A DNA stretch of 41,588 nucleotides from a virus (IMGVR_UViG_3300037790_000127:1-41588); one strand, 5' to 3'. Shown: positions 26,694-37,048, counted from the stretch's first letter. Numbers and translations are program-made. The notes: generated by a model not told the origin, from the letters alone.

Positions 26694-29096
26694 ATGTCTG
26701 ATGTCGAAACCGCGTTGATGCTGCGCTTAGAGGCGTCACTTGCGAAGTTTGAGAAGCAGATGGCGCGTGGGCAGCGGGTGGTGAACCAGTTCACCAAGGA
26801 TTGGGACAACAAGTTCGGTGCGAGCAACCGCAAGATGGCAAAAACCGCTGAGCAATCGGCACAGACCATCGGCAAGGAATTGGACCGGCTGCGGGCAAAA
26901 TATGACCCGTTGTTTTCCGCTTCGAAGAAGTATGAGGCCAGTCTGGAAGAACTGAACCGGGCACAGAAGGTCGGGGCCCTGAATACCCAGCAGTACGATG
27001 CTGCGCTGGAAAACCTGAACGCTGAGTATGCGAGGGCCACGGCTGGCGCAAAAGGCACGGGGCGGGCGGCTCGCGGCATGGGCGGCGGCATCCAGAATGC
27101 GGCTTATCAGATCGGCGACTTCGCGGTGCAGGTTGGCGCTGGCACCTCGGCGTCTATGGCTCTTGGACAGCAGCTGCCTCAGTTGCTGGGTGGGTTCGGC
27201 GTGCTCGGAGCGGTTCTTGGTGCGGTGGTGGCCGTAGGCGTCCCTCTGGCATCGTCGTTCCTGAAGTCTGGCGATGCAGCGGGCGATCTCGAAGATGCGG
27301 TGAGCGACCTCATGTCAGCGGTTTCGGATTACAACAGCGCGGTAGATCAGGCCAATTCTCCGACCGAAGATCTTGCGGAGAAGTACGGGAAGGCGTCTGG
27401 CAATGCGCGCAGGCTTCTCAGTGTCCTGAGCCAATTGGCGCGGCTGGATGCCATGGAGAGTATCCGCAAGGGCGGCGAGCAAGTGCTTGAGACCTTTGAC
27501 GACTTGCAGGGAAGCTTGGATCGTTTTGACCAAGTGTTGAGCCAGGGTTATTCGGAGAGTGAGCCTGCGGCAGCTCGGCAGGTGCGCAAGATCAAAGAGG
27601 AATACGGCCTGACACTTGCACAGGCCAGAGCTTTGATCGATCTCATGAGTGACTACCGCAATGCGGAGTCTCTCAATGCGCAAGCGGATGCATTGCAGGC
27701 GATGTCTGCGTTCTTGACGGAAGCTGCGCGCGGCGCTGATGAGACGAACGAAAACCTTATCAGTATCGCGCGCTCTACGGCGAAGGCGGCATTGGGTGCT
27801 CTTGATCTCGCAAATGAGAGCTCCAGTGCCGCAGTAGCGGCGGACGAACTGTCATTCAGCATCGCGGATATATCATTTGAAGGTGCGATCAGCGGAGCAA
27901 ACTCCCTTGCCGGTAAGATCGGTGGAATGATCGGCCAGGCGCAGACGCTTCTCAGCGTTCTGGGTCGCGCTCAGCAGGCCAATCTCAGCGCAGCGAACCA
28001 AAGAGAACTGGCAGAGACCGAGCGCGACTTGGTCAAAGCAGGAACTGACCGGGTCGAGGTGGCGCGTCAGTTGGCAGAAATCCGCAAGCGCCAAGAGCTG
28101 GATGAAACTGGTGTGGTCCTTCCCGTGGCGGCCCGACAGAAATTAATCAAAGAAGCTGGCGATATTGAGGCTGCGACAGCAGCGGCACGCGCCGAGACAG
28201 CAGAGACCCACAAAGAAAATAGCAAGTCCAACAGGGGGAAGGGGAGATCCAAAAGAGGAACGCCAAGCCTGTTCCAGGCGTCTGAAAATGAGCTGCAGAA
28301 CATCCAACGCCAAATCGAGATGATCGGGAAGACCAAGGCGGAAATCTCCGCACTGGCAGCAAAATACAAGCTGTTAGATCAGGCGAAGGAGCGCGGCCTT
28401 GATCTCGATGCACGGCAAGCTGCGACTGGCGAAACGCTGCGTGAGCAGATCGACCGGCAGGCTACAAGTATCGGTGAACTGACGGCCAAGTACGATCAGG
28501 CGCAGGAGCGGGCGGCTTTTTTCGAGGGCGTGCAGAGGGATCTCAAAAATGGGTTCATTGACGCGATTGTCGAGGGGGAGAGCCTTTCCGGCGTGCTGGA
28601 GAACCTCGCCAAGTCTCTGGCCAAAGCGGCGCTGCAAGCCGCTCTATTTAATGAGGGGCCATTTGCCAGTGGTAGCGGCGGAGGCCTTTTGGGCGGTCTG
28701 AGTGGTCGTAGAAGCGGAGGGTTGCTCGGCGGCGCGATCATCCCCGGCATCCTTCACAGCGGTGGCACGGCTGGCAAGGACGGTTACGGTCATGGCCGGT
28801 CTGTATCGCCGTCGGTCTTCAGGGGCGCTGCGCGATACCACAACGGGGGCATCGCAGGTTTGCGGCCGAACGAAGTTCCGGCGATATTAGAACGCGGAGA
28901 GAGGGTCATTCCGAACGGCCAGAGCGGCGTCACCGAAGCAGGTGGGGTAGTTCGCGTCGTCATCGAAGAGGGACCATTGTTTGCATCTCGCGTGAGGACT
29001 GAGGCGACGGGAGTTGCCGTCGAAGTCACACGCAAAGGTATCCAAGAAAATAGTCGCGTGCAGGCGGACAATAAGTATCTCAGAGGTAGCCGATAA
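26694..29096 (+). CDS. Tail tape measure protein
   Basis: ~800 aa, Ala-rich and helical; QNAAYQIGDFAVQV..ALGQQLPQLL; C-terminal HSGG..EVPAILERGERV. Confidence 0.92.
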   Translation: MSDVETALMLRLEASLAKFEKQMARGQRVVNQFTKDWDNKFGASNRKMAKTAEQSAQTIGKELDRLRAKYDPLFSASKKYEASLEELNRAQKVGALNTQQYDAALENLNAEYARATAGAKGTGRAARGMGGGIQNAAYQIGDFAVQVGAGTSASMALGQQLPQLLGGFGVLGAVLGAVVAVGVPLASSFLKSGDAAGDLEDAVSDLMSAVSDYNSAVDQANSPTEDLAEKYGKASGNARRLLSVLSQLARLDAMESIRKGGEQVLETFDDLQGSLDRFDQVLSQGYSESEPAAARQVRKIKEEYGLTLAQARALIDLMSDYRNAESLNAQADALQAMSAFLTEAARGADETNENLISIARSTAKAALGALDLANESSSAAVAADELSFSIADISFEGAISGANSLAGKIGGMIGQAQTLLSVLGRAQQANLSAANQRELAETERDLVKAGTDRVEVARQLAEIRKRQELDETGVVLPVAARQKLIKEAGDIEAATAAARAETAETHKENSKSNRGKGRSKRGTPSLFQASENELQNIQRQIEMIGKTKAEISALAAKYKLLDQAKERGLDLDARQAATGETLREQIDRQATSIGELTAKYDQAQERAAFFEGVQRDLKNGFIDAIVEGESLSGVLENLAKSLAKAALQAALFNEGPFASGSGGGLLGGLSGRRSGGLLGGAIIPGILHSGGTAGKDGYGHGRSVSPSVFRGAARYHNGGIAGLRPNEVPAILERGERVIPNGQSGVTEAGGVVRVVIEEGPLFASRVRTEATGVAVEVTRKGIQENSRVQADNKYLRGSR

Positions 29097-29764
29097 TGCA
29101 GGTTGCGTTCCCATACCCGGTAAAGGTTCAAGCCAGCACCCCAAAGCTGGTAGGGCTGCGCTTTTCGCCGTTCACCAACATTGACAATGAGTCCTTCGCC
29201 ACGCCTTCGCTCAACGGCCGTTGGGAGTTGGATATAAACTTGGCGGGCGTCGGCATGCGGGGGCAGCTTGCCCTGTCGTCGTTTGTCACTCAGATGGAAA
29301 CAGCGGGGGCAACCTGTGACGTTCCCGTCTGCGTCCAGTGGCGGCCTAACGATGCCAATGGCCGGATGCTTGTGCCGAATGGGCTCTCTCCGGAATGGAC
29401 ATTCGATCACGTGGGCTTTGCGAATGATCCGTTTGAGGGCTTCACCCTTCGCGCCGCGGCGTCGCATCGGGACAGCTACATCGACGTTGACAAGCCCGCC
29501 CTGTCTCAACTTTGGCCCGGGCACTACATCACTCTTGGAGATCGGCTGCACCAGGTGGTGAATGTCAGCGCGATCGAGGAAAGCGAAACGGCAATACGGG
29601 TCTCGGTCATGCCGAATATCCGTGGAGACTATGATCTCGGCGAATTGGTTGTGGTCGATCAGCTGCGCCTCAAGTGCCGCATGGAGACGGGAGATCAGGT
29701 AGGCGGATTCGGCGGTCCAAGTCCCGTTCGCCGCGGTTCCATCTCACTTGTCGAGGCATTCTGA
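29096..29764 (+). CDS. Distal tail protein-like
   Basis: Follows the tape measure gene; beta-rich. Confidence 0.65.
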   Translation: MQVAFPYPVKVQASTPKLVGLRFSPFTNIDNESFATPSLNGRWELDINLAGVGMRGQLALSSFVTQMETAGATCDVPVCVQWRPNDANGRMLVPNGLSPEWTFDHVGFANDPFEGFTLRAAASHRDSYIDVDKPALSQLWPGHYITLGDRLHQVVNVSAIEESETAIRVSVMPNIRGDYDLGELVVVDQLRLKCRMETGDQVGGFGGPSPVRRGSISLVEAF

Positions 29765-30348
29765 TGAGCATCCACGATATCTCGGATGGAGACCTGCGGC
29801 GCGGTGATGTCGCTTGTACGATCCTGTGCCAGATGGACTTCGCGACCAATCCGCAAAACTGGTGGTTGGGCTACGGGCCGCTGACAGTGGGCGGAGTTGA
29901 ATATCAAGGTACTGGGGACGTAATCAAGATCGGGGCTATGTCGCTGACCTACGGCATATCGGCGGGCATGGTGCGGTTTGAAATTCCTGCGGCATCCCCT
30001 GAGATGGTGGCACGCTGCGACAACCAGGCGACAGAAGTCAACAATCGCCGCTGCAGGTTATTCTATCAGCTTTTCAGCATGGTTGAGAGAGATGGGCAGC
30101 ATCAGGGGCGCGTGATTGGCGAGCCTATAAGTGTGTTTCAGGGTGTAATGAGAGACATGCGCAGCACTTCGGCGGCCGAAAGCAGGGTGATTGAGCTCGA
30201 GGCCTATGGCAGGATGAGCCGGCAGGCAAAACCGCCATATGGGCGCTGGACGGATGCAGACCAGCGGGCTCGGTTCCCAGGTGATACGGGATTGGCGTTT
30301 CTCGCGGGCCTTCGCGACAAGGCGTTGACATGGGTTCCTGGCAGTTGA
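29764..30348 (+). CDS. Minor tail / hub protein
   Basis: WLGYGPL..GGVEYQGTG; RWTDADQRARFPGDTG; start MSIHD overlapping the upstream stop. Confidence 0.7.
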   Translation: MSIHDISDGDLRRGDVACTILCQMDFATNPQNWWLGYGPLTVGGVEYQGTGDVIKIGAMSLTYGISAGMVRFEIPAASPEMVARCDNQATEVNNRRCRLFYQLFSMVERDGQHQGRVIGEPISVFQGVMRDMRSTSAAESRVIELEAYGRMSRQAKPPYGRWTDADQRARFPGDTGLAFLAGLRDKALTWVPGS

Positions 30349-30746
30349 TCCGGAAGGCGAGCGAGGCGGACATACCTCGCTGTATCGACATGACAGAGCT
30401 GCTGGCAAAGTCTGTAGGAGTTCCACAGCGCGTTTGCAGGCTGCGGACGGGCGCAACTCTCGTCGGACTTCTACGCAACCCTCAAGGTGTGCTTTTCGTG
30501 ACAGGCGGCGGCTTCATCGCGGGGCAGGTTATGCAGACCGTTATCAGCTTCGATCCGGTTGCGTTTGAGCTTGGTTGGTTCGCCTCAGACCGCAGCGGAC
30601 TGGGTCTATTGCGTGCCTTCGAGACATGGGCGGAAGAGCAAAACGCGCGCCTTATTACAATGAGCGCTAAAGGTGGCGCAGCGCAGCGCATCCTGGAGCA
30701 GCGCGGCTATGCTCAAGCCGAGGTGCGGATGGTTAAGGCAATCTAA
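30330..30746 (+). CDS. GNAT-like protein within the tail module
   Basis: IRKASEADIP N-terminus, GLGLLRAFETWAEEQNA, ILEQRGY. Confidence 0.65.
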   Translation: MGSWQLIRKASEADIPRCIDMTELLAKSVGVPQRVCRLRTGATLVGLLRNPQGVLFVTGGGFIAGQVMQTVISFDPVAFELGWFASDRSGLGLLRAFETWAEEQNARLITMSAKGGAAQRILEQRGYAQAEVRMVKAI

Positions 30747-32812
30747 TGGCAATTTTCACAACAATCATCGGCGCGATCGCTTACGCTGGTGGCTACCTTG
30801 CTGCGGCGGCAGGATTTTCCATCGCAACCGCCACTTCAATCGGTGTGGCGCTGGCAAATGCAGCGGTGAGTTTGGCAGTCAGTGCGATTTCCCGAGCCCT
30901 GGCCCCAAGCGTTAGTATTCCTCAATCAGAAATCCAAGCGGTGATCAATCAAGCATCGGCTCCGCGCCGGATCTATGTCGGAGAGAACCTGGCAGGAGGG
31001 ATCCGCGCTTTCTTCGAAGTTAAGAACGGCACGCTGTATCAACTTGTCATGGTCGCGCACGGCGAAATCACCAGCTTTGAAGCGTGCTGGGTCGATGGAA
31101 AAGCGGTGTCGCTTGACGTGAACGGCACAATTGATGCCGGAAAAATGGCGGGTTACGTCACTATCCAGACCCGTGACGGTTCTGCCCTTGGCGGAGACTA
31201 TGCCGATCTAACATCAGCCTTTCCGACTTGGGGCCCCAACAACAAACTGTCCAATCAGGCGACCTTTTTAGCGCGGATGCAGGCACCAAAGGGAAACGAC
31301 TTTAGTAAGATTTTCCCCAAATCATACAATACGACACTTCAGTGGGTAATACACGGTCAAGCGATCTATGACCCGCGCATCGACAGCACGGTTTATAGCG
31401 ATAACGCTGCCTTAGTCATTGCGCATTTCCTCACGCACGAAGACGGGTTCAAAATTGACAGAGAGGATATTGATTGGGATAGCGTGGCGGCAATGGCTGA
31501 TGTGTCAGATGAGGCTGTGCCACAACTTGAAGGCGGCATCGCGCCGCGCTTGCGCTTGTGGGGCTACTGGACGCTGGATGAGCCACCGTCTGACGTGTTG
31601 GACCGGATGCACGCAAGCTCAGGCATTCGCGCCTATGAGATGCAAGACGGCCGTATCGGGCTGATCGGCGGCAGTTTTGGAACCCCATCCTGCACAATCA
31701 CGGCCAAGGATATCAAAGAAATTCAGACCAGCGAGGCGATCAGCGAGCGCGATGGATACAACGTCTTGCGGGTTTTGCACATGGACGCTTCACAGAAATA
31801 TACTGTAACTGAAGTTGACCCATGGAGAGACGACGCGAGGCTGACTGTCGAGGGCGAAATCGTCAAGGAATACGAACTCGGTATGTGCCCTAACCGGTCT
31901 CAGGCACGGCGCTTGGCGAAAGAGCAGTTTCATGATGACAACCGCGCCAAGGTTGCAATTATTACCAACCTCGTTGGAATGAAGGCGCGCTTCCCCCGCT
32001 ATAGCGCGCAGCGCCACACAATCCTTTTGGACTATCGACCAGACGATGGCTCTGGCCGAGTGATTCAGGGAGAGTACGAGGTGTTGGACCACGAATTTGA
32101 TCCGCTTGAACTTCAATGCCGGATTGATCTTGCAGCGGTGGATCGGGAATCGGGAGAGTGGGCGCCAGCAGAGGAGGGGGACGCGCCAACGCCACTTCCC
32201 GACAACCCGCAGAATCTTGCTCCGGAAATATCGGCCGTTCTTACGCAGCGCATTGTTCAAGCATCTGCCAGCAGCCGCATTGCAATATTGGAAGTCGCCG
32301 CGATTCCAGTTGCCGGCCGCAACGATGTTCGGATCGAAGCGCAGTACCGAAAGACTGTCGTAGGCGCGTGGATGGACATGGGCGCGACCGACTTTACTGC
32401 ACAATCGGGGCCGGTTGAGGATGGCGAAACATATGAGGCACAAGCGCGTTTTGATGGCGTATTCTACGAGCCAGATGAGTGGGAAGATCTCGGAACGTTT
32501 ACAGTCCAGATCGACGCGACGGCACCAGGCGCACCGTCTGCACTCATCCCGTCCAATGGTGCGGGCTATGTGCATCTAAGTTGGCGAAACCCGGCAAGCG
32601 AGCTCTACGAAATTCGAATCTACCGCAGCACTACGGAAACATTTGGTGACGCTATTTTGGTCGGCACAACTGGCGGAGTTGCCGGGCAAATCTCTGAGTT
32701 CTCAGACCACTCTGTAGCCGCATCGACCGAATACAACTACTGGATTGCTGCAGCCAACGTGTCCGGCGTCGAAGGGCCACCCGCTGGGCCCGCCAATATC
32801 ACCACAACCTAA
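30746..32812 (+). CDS. Tail tip / central fibre (J-like) protein with C-terminal FN3-like domains
   Basis: PRRIYVG, IYDPR...YSDNAALVIAHFL, TAPGAPS..LSW..IYRS..YNYWIAAANVSG. Confidence 0.85.
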   Translation: MAIFTTIIGAIAYAGGYLAAAAGFSIATATSIGVALANAAVSLAVSAISRALAPSVSIPQSEIQAVINQASAPRRIYVGENLAGGIRAFFEVKNGTLYQLVMVAHGEITSFEACWVDGKAVSLDVNGTIDAGKMAGYVTIQTRDGSALGGDYADLTSAFPTWGPNNKLSNQATFLARMQAPKGNDFSKIFPKSYNTTLQWVIHGQAIYDPRIDSTVYSDNAALVIAHFLTHEDGFKIDREDIDWDSVAAMADVSDEAVPQLEGGIAPRLRLWGYWTLDEPPSDVLDRMHASSGIRAYEMQDGRIGLIGGSFGTPSCTITAKDIKEIQTSEAISERDGYNVLRVLHMDASQKYTVTEVDPWRDDARLTVEGEIVKEYELGMCPNRSQARRLAKEQFHDDNRAKVAIITNLVGMKARFPRYSAQRHTILLDYRPDDGSGRVIQGEYEVLDHEFDPLELQCRIDLAAVDRESGEWAPAEEGDAPTPLPDNPQNLAPEISAVLTQRIVQASASSRIAILEVAAIPVAGRNDVRIEAQYRKTVVGAWMDMGATDFTAQSGPVEDGETYEAQARFDGVFYEPDEWEDLGTFTVQIDATAPGAPSALIPSNGAGYVHLSWRNPASELYEIRIYRSTTETFGDAILVGTTGGVAGQISEFSDHSVAASTEYNYWIAAANVSGVEGPPAGPANITTT

Positions 32813-32837
32813 AATCCCAAATTTTTGAAGTCACGAT

Positions 32838-32860
32838 ACCCCGCTTCGGCGGGTTCTTTT
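32838..32860 (+). terminator. Intrinsic terminator
   Basis: CCCGC-TTCG-GCGGG followed by TTCTTTT. Confidence 0.7.
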
Positions 32861-32874
32861 GCATGGGGGCAGCT

Positions 32875-34980
32875 ATGCCAGAAACATACCGCGAAAAGAT
32901 CAGCAGAATCCTGCGCGATCATCAAGGCTATACTGGAGACGGGCTAGGTGGCGTTGGCGATCTGCCAGTTGGCGATCGATCAACCGCTCGAAAATCGATC
33001 GAAAAGCGGGACTTGCGTGAGGCTTTTCTAGATTTTGCCGGCGTCGCCGATGTGGCCCAAGCAGCGGCGGAAAGCGCAGCGATCAACGCGGGGTCGGTAA
33101 TTGATCGGGCATGGTTCCCGACTGTCGCGAGCTTGATGGGCGATAACAATTCGATCATCGGTTACGCTGGCGATGGTGCGCAATTCTTGGTTGCAGAAAA
33201 CGATCTGATTGAGGCTGGGGGCAGGCGCTATCAGGTAGCGGCGTTCGACGCTGCCAACCACGACCTTCTCACAACTGGGGGGGTAAAGCTCTACGATTTG
33301 AGCATGCGGACATTGAGGGCCGCTTCGATTGCCTCAGGGGCACAGGATGGCTCTTGTGTGATCTTAGGGGGCCTTCTGTACCGTGTCGATGTCACAGCAG
33401 TTGGTATCGACAGCGCGACCAGTGATCTTGGCGTTGATGGGTTGGTGCCAGCTGGCGAGGCGGTCTTTCCCGAGCATTATGGATGCGTCGACGGATTCGG
33501 TGACAACGCGACGAAGCTAGACCGGGCTGTTAATTGGGCACGGGAAAACGGTCTGCCGCTGGACGGGCGAGGTCGCATCTACCCCATCACTACGGCAATG
33601 ACTTCAGTGCCCGGCAACGTGTGCAACATGACGATTGACGCCTCCGGTCTGACTGCAGAAAGCGCATGGGAGGCAACTGCCAACGAATTTGAGGCTTCGC
33701 AAGCGCTTACTGGCGATACAACACAAGGTGAACGTCTGTTTATCTGTGCCGGGCATGGGTATTCTGTCGGCGATGTAGTGCTGATCCAATCCAACAAGAT
33801 TTTTGAGACCGCAACCAACGGGGTCTGCTCCCACTGGGGTAAGATCACGTCGGTCACTACCGATACGTTCATCACAGCGGAGTCTGCGCTTTGCAATCTT
33901 ACGGTGTCCGATAGCGCCACGGTAAAGAGGCTCCCGGAAAACACGAACTCCGCGCGCCTGGACTTCAAAATGATCGGTGGCGCAAACTGCGGGAACGGCT
34001 TTGTTCCAATCCGTTTCACCGACATCGAAGTTAAGTTCTCGGGCAAAAACTTTCCGAACCGCAACTTGCTGGTTCAGGAAAACTACCGGCCATACATATC
34101 TTATGTACGAGCCGATGTTAGCGACGCTTCGGGGCTTGGATACGCCTGCGGCTTGGCGGGAAACGGATGGGCGCGTGTCGATCTCGCCATCGGCTTGCGA
34201 TGCCGCCATGTCGTCACGACAGGGGCGAGCGATGATATTCCGACAGTCGGCGGCACTGTGGGCGATGTGGTGGGCAACGAGTGTCTTTCCGCGCCGCTCG
34301 ATACGCACCCAGCAACACTCTATTTCACGCAGACTGGGAAGACTGTGGCCGATCTTTCAGACGAGGAGGGTGATGAAGATGGGATTGTCTGGCAAGGCGT
34401 TGGCGGGGAATTTGATGTGGAATTCCTCGGGACTACGTCACCGCGACACGGCGTCCTTGTCCAACCATGGTTTGATCGAAGCGCTTTCGGTCGTTCGCCA
34501 TCCTACCACGTCAGAGCAAGGGGCGTGAACGCAGCAGATAAGGGCGTGGTGTTCGACATGGACGCTTGCGGGAATATCGACACAATCGAGTGCGAGGTTT
34601 ATGGCAAGAGCGCGAATGAAGTGGTCTATGTCGACATCGGACCCATCGCGTTTGAGGCCATTATCTTATCAGGGCGCGGTCGTTCAACGGCTGGTCGCGC
34701 AATGCGGATTATCTGCGAAGCCACGTCTGACCTTGCTTATGTACAGCAATCGGGTAGCTGGGAGGCCGCCATTGCTGAGGCAAGCTATGTGTTCGGGGCG
34801 ACCGATGCAGGTTCGCGCACAACTGAGTGGTCCGTATCACTATGCAAGTCTTTCGGTGGGACATACGGACTACGTGCGGCGAACAAGGTTGATGCGATCG
34901 TGGGAGCAGCGTTTCTGGACGGTTCGACTGGAGCAGCCTCGGCATCCCCCGCTCCCGCAACGGTGACGGTCCTGACCTAA
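32875..34980 (+). CDS. Tail spike / receptor-binding protein, probable beta-helix
   Basis: VFPEHYGCVDG.GDNATKLDRAV resembles the cap of pectate-lyase-like beta-helices; last tail gene. Confidence 0.75.
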   Translation: MPETYREKISRILRDHQGYTGDGLGGVGDLPVGDRSTARKSIEKRDLREAFLDFAGVADVAQAAAESAAINAGSVIDRAWFPTVASLMGDNNSIIGYAGDGAQFLVAENDLIEAGGRRYQVAAFDAANHDLLTTGGVKLYDLSMRTLRAASIASGAQDGSCVILGGLLYRVDVTAVGIDSATSDLGVDGLVPAGEAVFPEHYGCVDGFGDNATKLDRAVNWARENGLPLDGRGRIYPITTAMTSVPGNVCNMTIDASGLTAESAWEATANEFEASQALTGDTTQGERLFICAGHGYSVGDVVLIQSNKIFETATNGVCSHWGKITSVTTDTFITAESALCNLTVSDSATVKRLPENTNSARLDFKMIGGANCGNGFVPIRFTDIEVKFSGKNFPNRNLLVQENYRPYISYVRADVSDASGLGYACGLAGNGWARVDLAIGLRCRHVVTTGASDDIPTVGGTVGDVVGNECLSAPLDTHPATLYFTQTGKTVADLSDEEGDEDGIVWQGVGGEFDVEFLGTTSPRHGVLVQPWFDRSAFGRSPSYHVRARGVNAADKGVVFDMDACGNIDTIECEVYGKSANEVVYVDIGPIAFEAIILSGRGRSTAGRAMRIICEATSDLAYVQQSGSWEAAIAEASYVFGATDAGSRTTEWSVSLCKSFGGTYGLRAANKVDAIVGAAFLDGSTGAASASPAPATVTVLT

Positions 34981-35107
34981 TGCTGGCACTCTGTGAGGTG
35001 CTAGGCAATGTGTCGGCTACTTCCCCTGAGGACTGCGACAGGCAAGTTTAAACCCTGTTTGCACAGAACCGTATCTCTTCCCTTTAACGCCAATTTGAGA
35101 GCAGCAC

Positions 35108-35434
35108 ATGGCAATGATTGAAAGTAGCGATCGTGGGATCACCCTGACCAAGGGGTTAGCGTGGGTCATGGTCGTCGGTCTGCTAGGCGCAGGGGTCAAG
35201 TTTGGCACACAGATGGCAGAATTGCGCGGTGAGACCGCTGCCCTTTCCCAAACGATCAACGGGCTGCGTGTGGATCTGACAGCCTCAGAGGCCCGCCAAG
35301 TTGCGCTGACTTCGCGGGTGCGCGCAAATGAGAATGCGCTCGCCCGTCAGGATGAGCGCCTGTCGCTGATCCTCTCTACCCTGAACAAAATCGACACCCG
35401 GCTAGAGCGCATGGAGCGCCTGCCGATCCGCTGA
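35108..35434 (+). CDS. Single-TM coiled-coil lysis-region protein
   Basis: TM segment LAWVMVVGLLGAGV then coiled coil; precedes the endolysin. Confidence 0.7.
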   Translation: MAMIESSDRGITLTKGLAWVMVVGLLGAGVKFGTQMAELRGETAALSQTINGLRVDLTASEARQVALTSRVRANENALARQDERLSLILSTLNKIDTRLERMERLPIR

Positions 35435-35460
35435 TCCCCTCGAAATTTGAACGAAACCCA

Positions 35461-35482
35461 AAGCCCGCCTGCGGGCCTTTTC
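35461..35482 (+). terminator. Terminator-like hairpin
   Basis: GCCCG-CCTG-CGGGC followed by CTTTT. Confidence 0.5.
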
Positions 35483-35493
35483 CTGTTGGAGGA

Positions 35494-36279
35494 ATGACTA
35501 TGCCTGACAAAAAATTGCTTGATGAAAAATGGCGCTGGCTCGCCTTGAGTTCTTACACGGCGTTGGCCTTCTACGCACTCGCCGCGATCACAGTGGCCCC
35601 GGATCTGATCTATCTGGCCACCGGGATTGATACCAACCCCCGCGTCTGGTCGTTCCTGCAGCTTTGGACCATTTTGCTGGGCATCTTCGGCAGGCTGATT
35701 CTGCAACCGCGTGAAGGCGCATTGCGTCGTCGTCTCATTCTCGGTGCCGTGCTGCTCGGAACTATCCTCGTCGCAGCGCAGGCCATGGCGCAAACCACAG
35801 CGCGCCAGACGATGCAGGTGCTTGTTCCCCATGTGATCAAGTGGGAAGGCGCGCACCGCTGCACGGATGCGCCGCAAATGCATTGCGCGTATCTCGATAT
35901 CGTGGGGGTGCCGACTGTCTGTTTCGGGGAAACCCAAGGCATCAAGCTCGGTGATCGCTTCACCGACCGCCAATGCCGCAAGATGCTTGACCGTCGCCTA
36001 TCTGATGACTACCGCGCGGGCCTGCATCGCTACTTCACGCCTGTCACCATTGCGACCCGTCTGACGCCGGAACGGGACGCCGCCTATGTGTCGCTTGCCT
36101 ACAATGTTGGAATCCGTGGGGCAGGGCGATCCACCGCCACCCGGCGTTTGAATGCGGGTGATATCGCGGGCGGATGCCAGGCGTTGACGTGGTGGAACAA
36201 AGCCGGGGGCCGAATGGTGCGCGGCCTCGTGCGCCGCCGGTCAGCGGAATACACGCTCTGCATGGAGGGCGCGGCATGA
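35494..36279 (+). CDS. GH24 lysozyme endolysin with N-terminal multi-TM extension
   Basis: WEG...AYLDIVGVPTVCFGET catalytic E/D/T region; SLAYNVG; WNKAGG..VRGLVRRR; three hydrophobic segments in the first ~97 aa. Confidence 0.92.
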   Translation: MTMPDKKLLDEKWRWLALSSYTALAFYALAAITVAPDLIYLATGIDTNPRVWSFLQLWTILLGIFGRLILQPREGALRRRLILGAVLLGTILVAAQAMAQTTARQTMQVLVPHVIKWEGAHRCTDAPQMHCAYLDIVGVPTVCFGETQGIKLGDRFTDRQCRKMLDRRLSDDYRAGLHRYFTPVTIATRLTPERDAAYVSLAYNVGIRGAGRSTATRRLNAGDIAGGCQALTWWNKAGGRMVRGLVRRRSAEYTLCMEGAA

Positions 36280-36545
36280 TCTATGCATTGGTCGCGTTTG
36301 CTCTCGCCCAGCTCGCGGACATTGTCTCCACCACCAAGGCCCTGAAGTCTGGGGGCACCCGCGAGGCAAACCCCGTGGTGCGCTGGATGATGGATCGGTT
36401 TGGCCAGGGCTGGATTGTCCTGAAGGTCGTGGTTTCAGGTGGGGCGGCTTTCCTGCTCTGGAAAACCGGTTTTGAATTCGGGATCTGGGCCATGGCAGCG
36501 ATTACCGTGTGGGTCGCCTATCGCAACATGCGGTTTGTCAAATGA
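36276..36545 (+). CDS. Small multi-TM membrane protein in the lysis cassette
   Basis: LADIVSTTKAL..GTREANPVVRW motif; three hydrophobic segments. Confidence 0.75.
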   Translation: MIYALVAFALAQLADIVSTTKALKSGGTREANPVVRWMMDRFGQGWIVLKVVVSGGAAFLLWKTGFEFGIWAMAAITVWVAYRNMRFVK

Positions 36546-36823
36546 ACCGGTTCGCGATATCTGCTGCAGTTGCTCTCGCCTTGGTCACCAGCAGTTTGGT
36601 GATTGGGTATCACCGGGGAGCGGCTGACTGCCGCGCCGTCCATCAAAGGGAAGAACTGCGACAGATCGAGGCGGGCCGCAAACTTGACGCAGCCCGGATC
36701 GCAGTGGAGCGCGCGCGGTACACCCTATCCCGACAACTTGAGGAGAAAGCCTATGCGGACCCTGTTAGCGTGCCTCGGTGCCTCGGTCCTAAGCGGGTGC
36801 TTCGGCTCAACAGCCTTCGTTGA
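36542..36823 (+). CDS. Inner-membrane spanin (Rz-like)
   Basis: N-terminal TM, coiled coil, C-terminal Cys; overlaps a lipoprotein gene. Confidence 0.75.
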   Translation: MNRFAISAAVALALVTSSLVIGYHRGAADCRAVHQREELRQIEAGRKLDAARIAVERARYTLSRQLEEKAYADPVSVPRCLGPKRVLRLNSLR

Positions 36824-36974
36824 TAGCGTAGATCCCTGCGCGTCACCTGTGGTGATTCCAGAGCGTTGGCTTTCAGATCAAGAAATTGAAATATATTGGT
36901 CACGCGACCGACGCGAACTGCTGAACTGTGGCGGTAAGGTAGAAGTTCTTAGCGGTCGCACACCTGATAATTAA
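36753..36974 (+). CDS. Outer-membrane spanin (Rz1-like lipoprotein)
   Basis: Lipobox VLSG-C in MRTLLACLGASVLSGC; GAGGAG RBS; overlapped architecture. Confidence 0.8.
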   Translation: MRTLLACLGASVLSGCFGSTAFVDSVDPCASPVVIPERWLSDQEIEIYWSRDRRELLNCGGKVEVLSGRTPDN

Positions 36975-37048
36975 TCCCCGTGGATCGCAAATGGGAAAAT
37001 TCTAGTATCATGAGCCTTGCCGCCTGTCTTCCCAGCTGGGGTTTTTGG

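Noticed and set aside
17049-32812. Gene transfer agent cluster
   Set aside because: Tail genes are GTA-like, but the integrase, repressor switch, replication genes, HNH and att site indicate a true prophage
32875-35108. Diversity-generating retroelement or invertible tail-fibre cassette
   Set aside because: No reverse transcriptase or invertase gene, and no template/variable repeat pair noticed by eye
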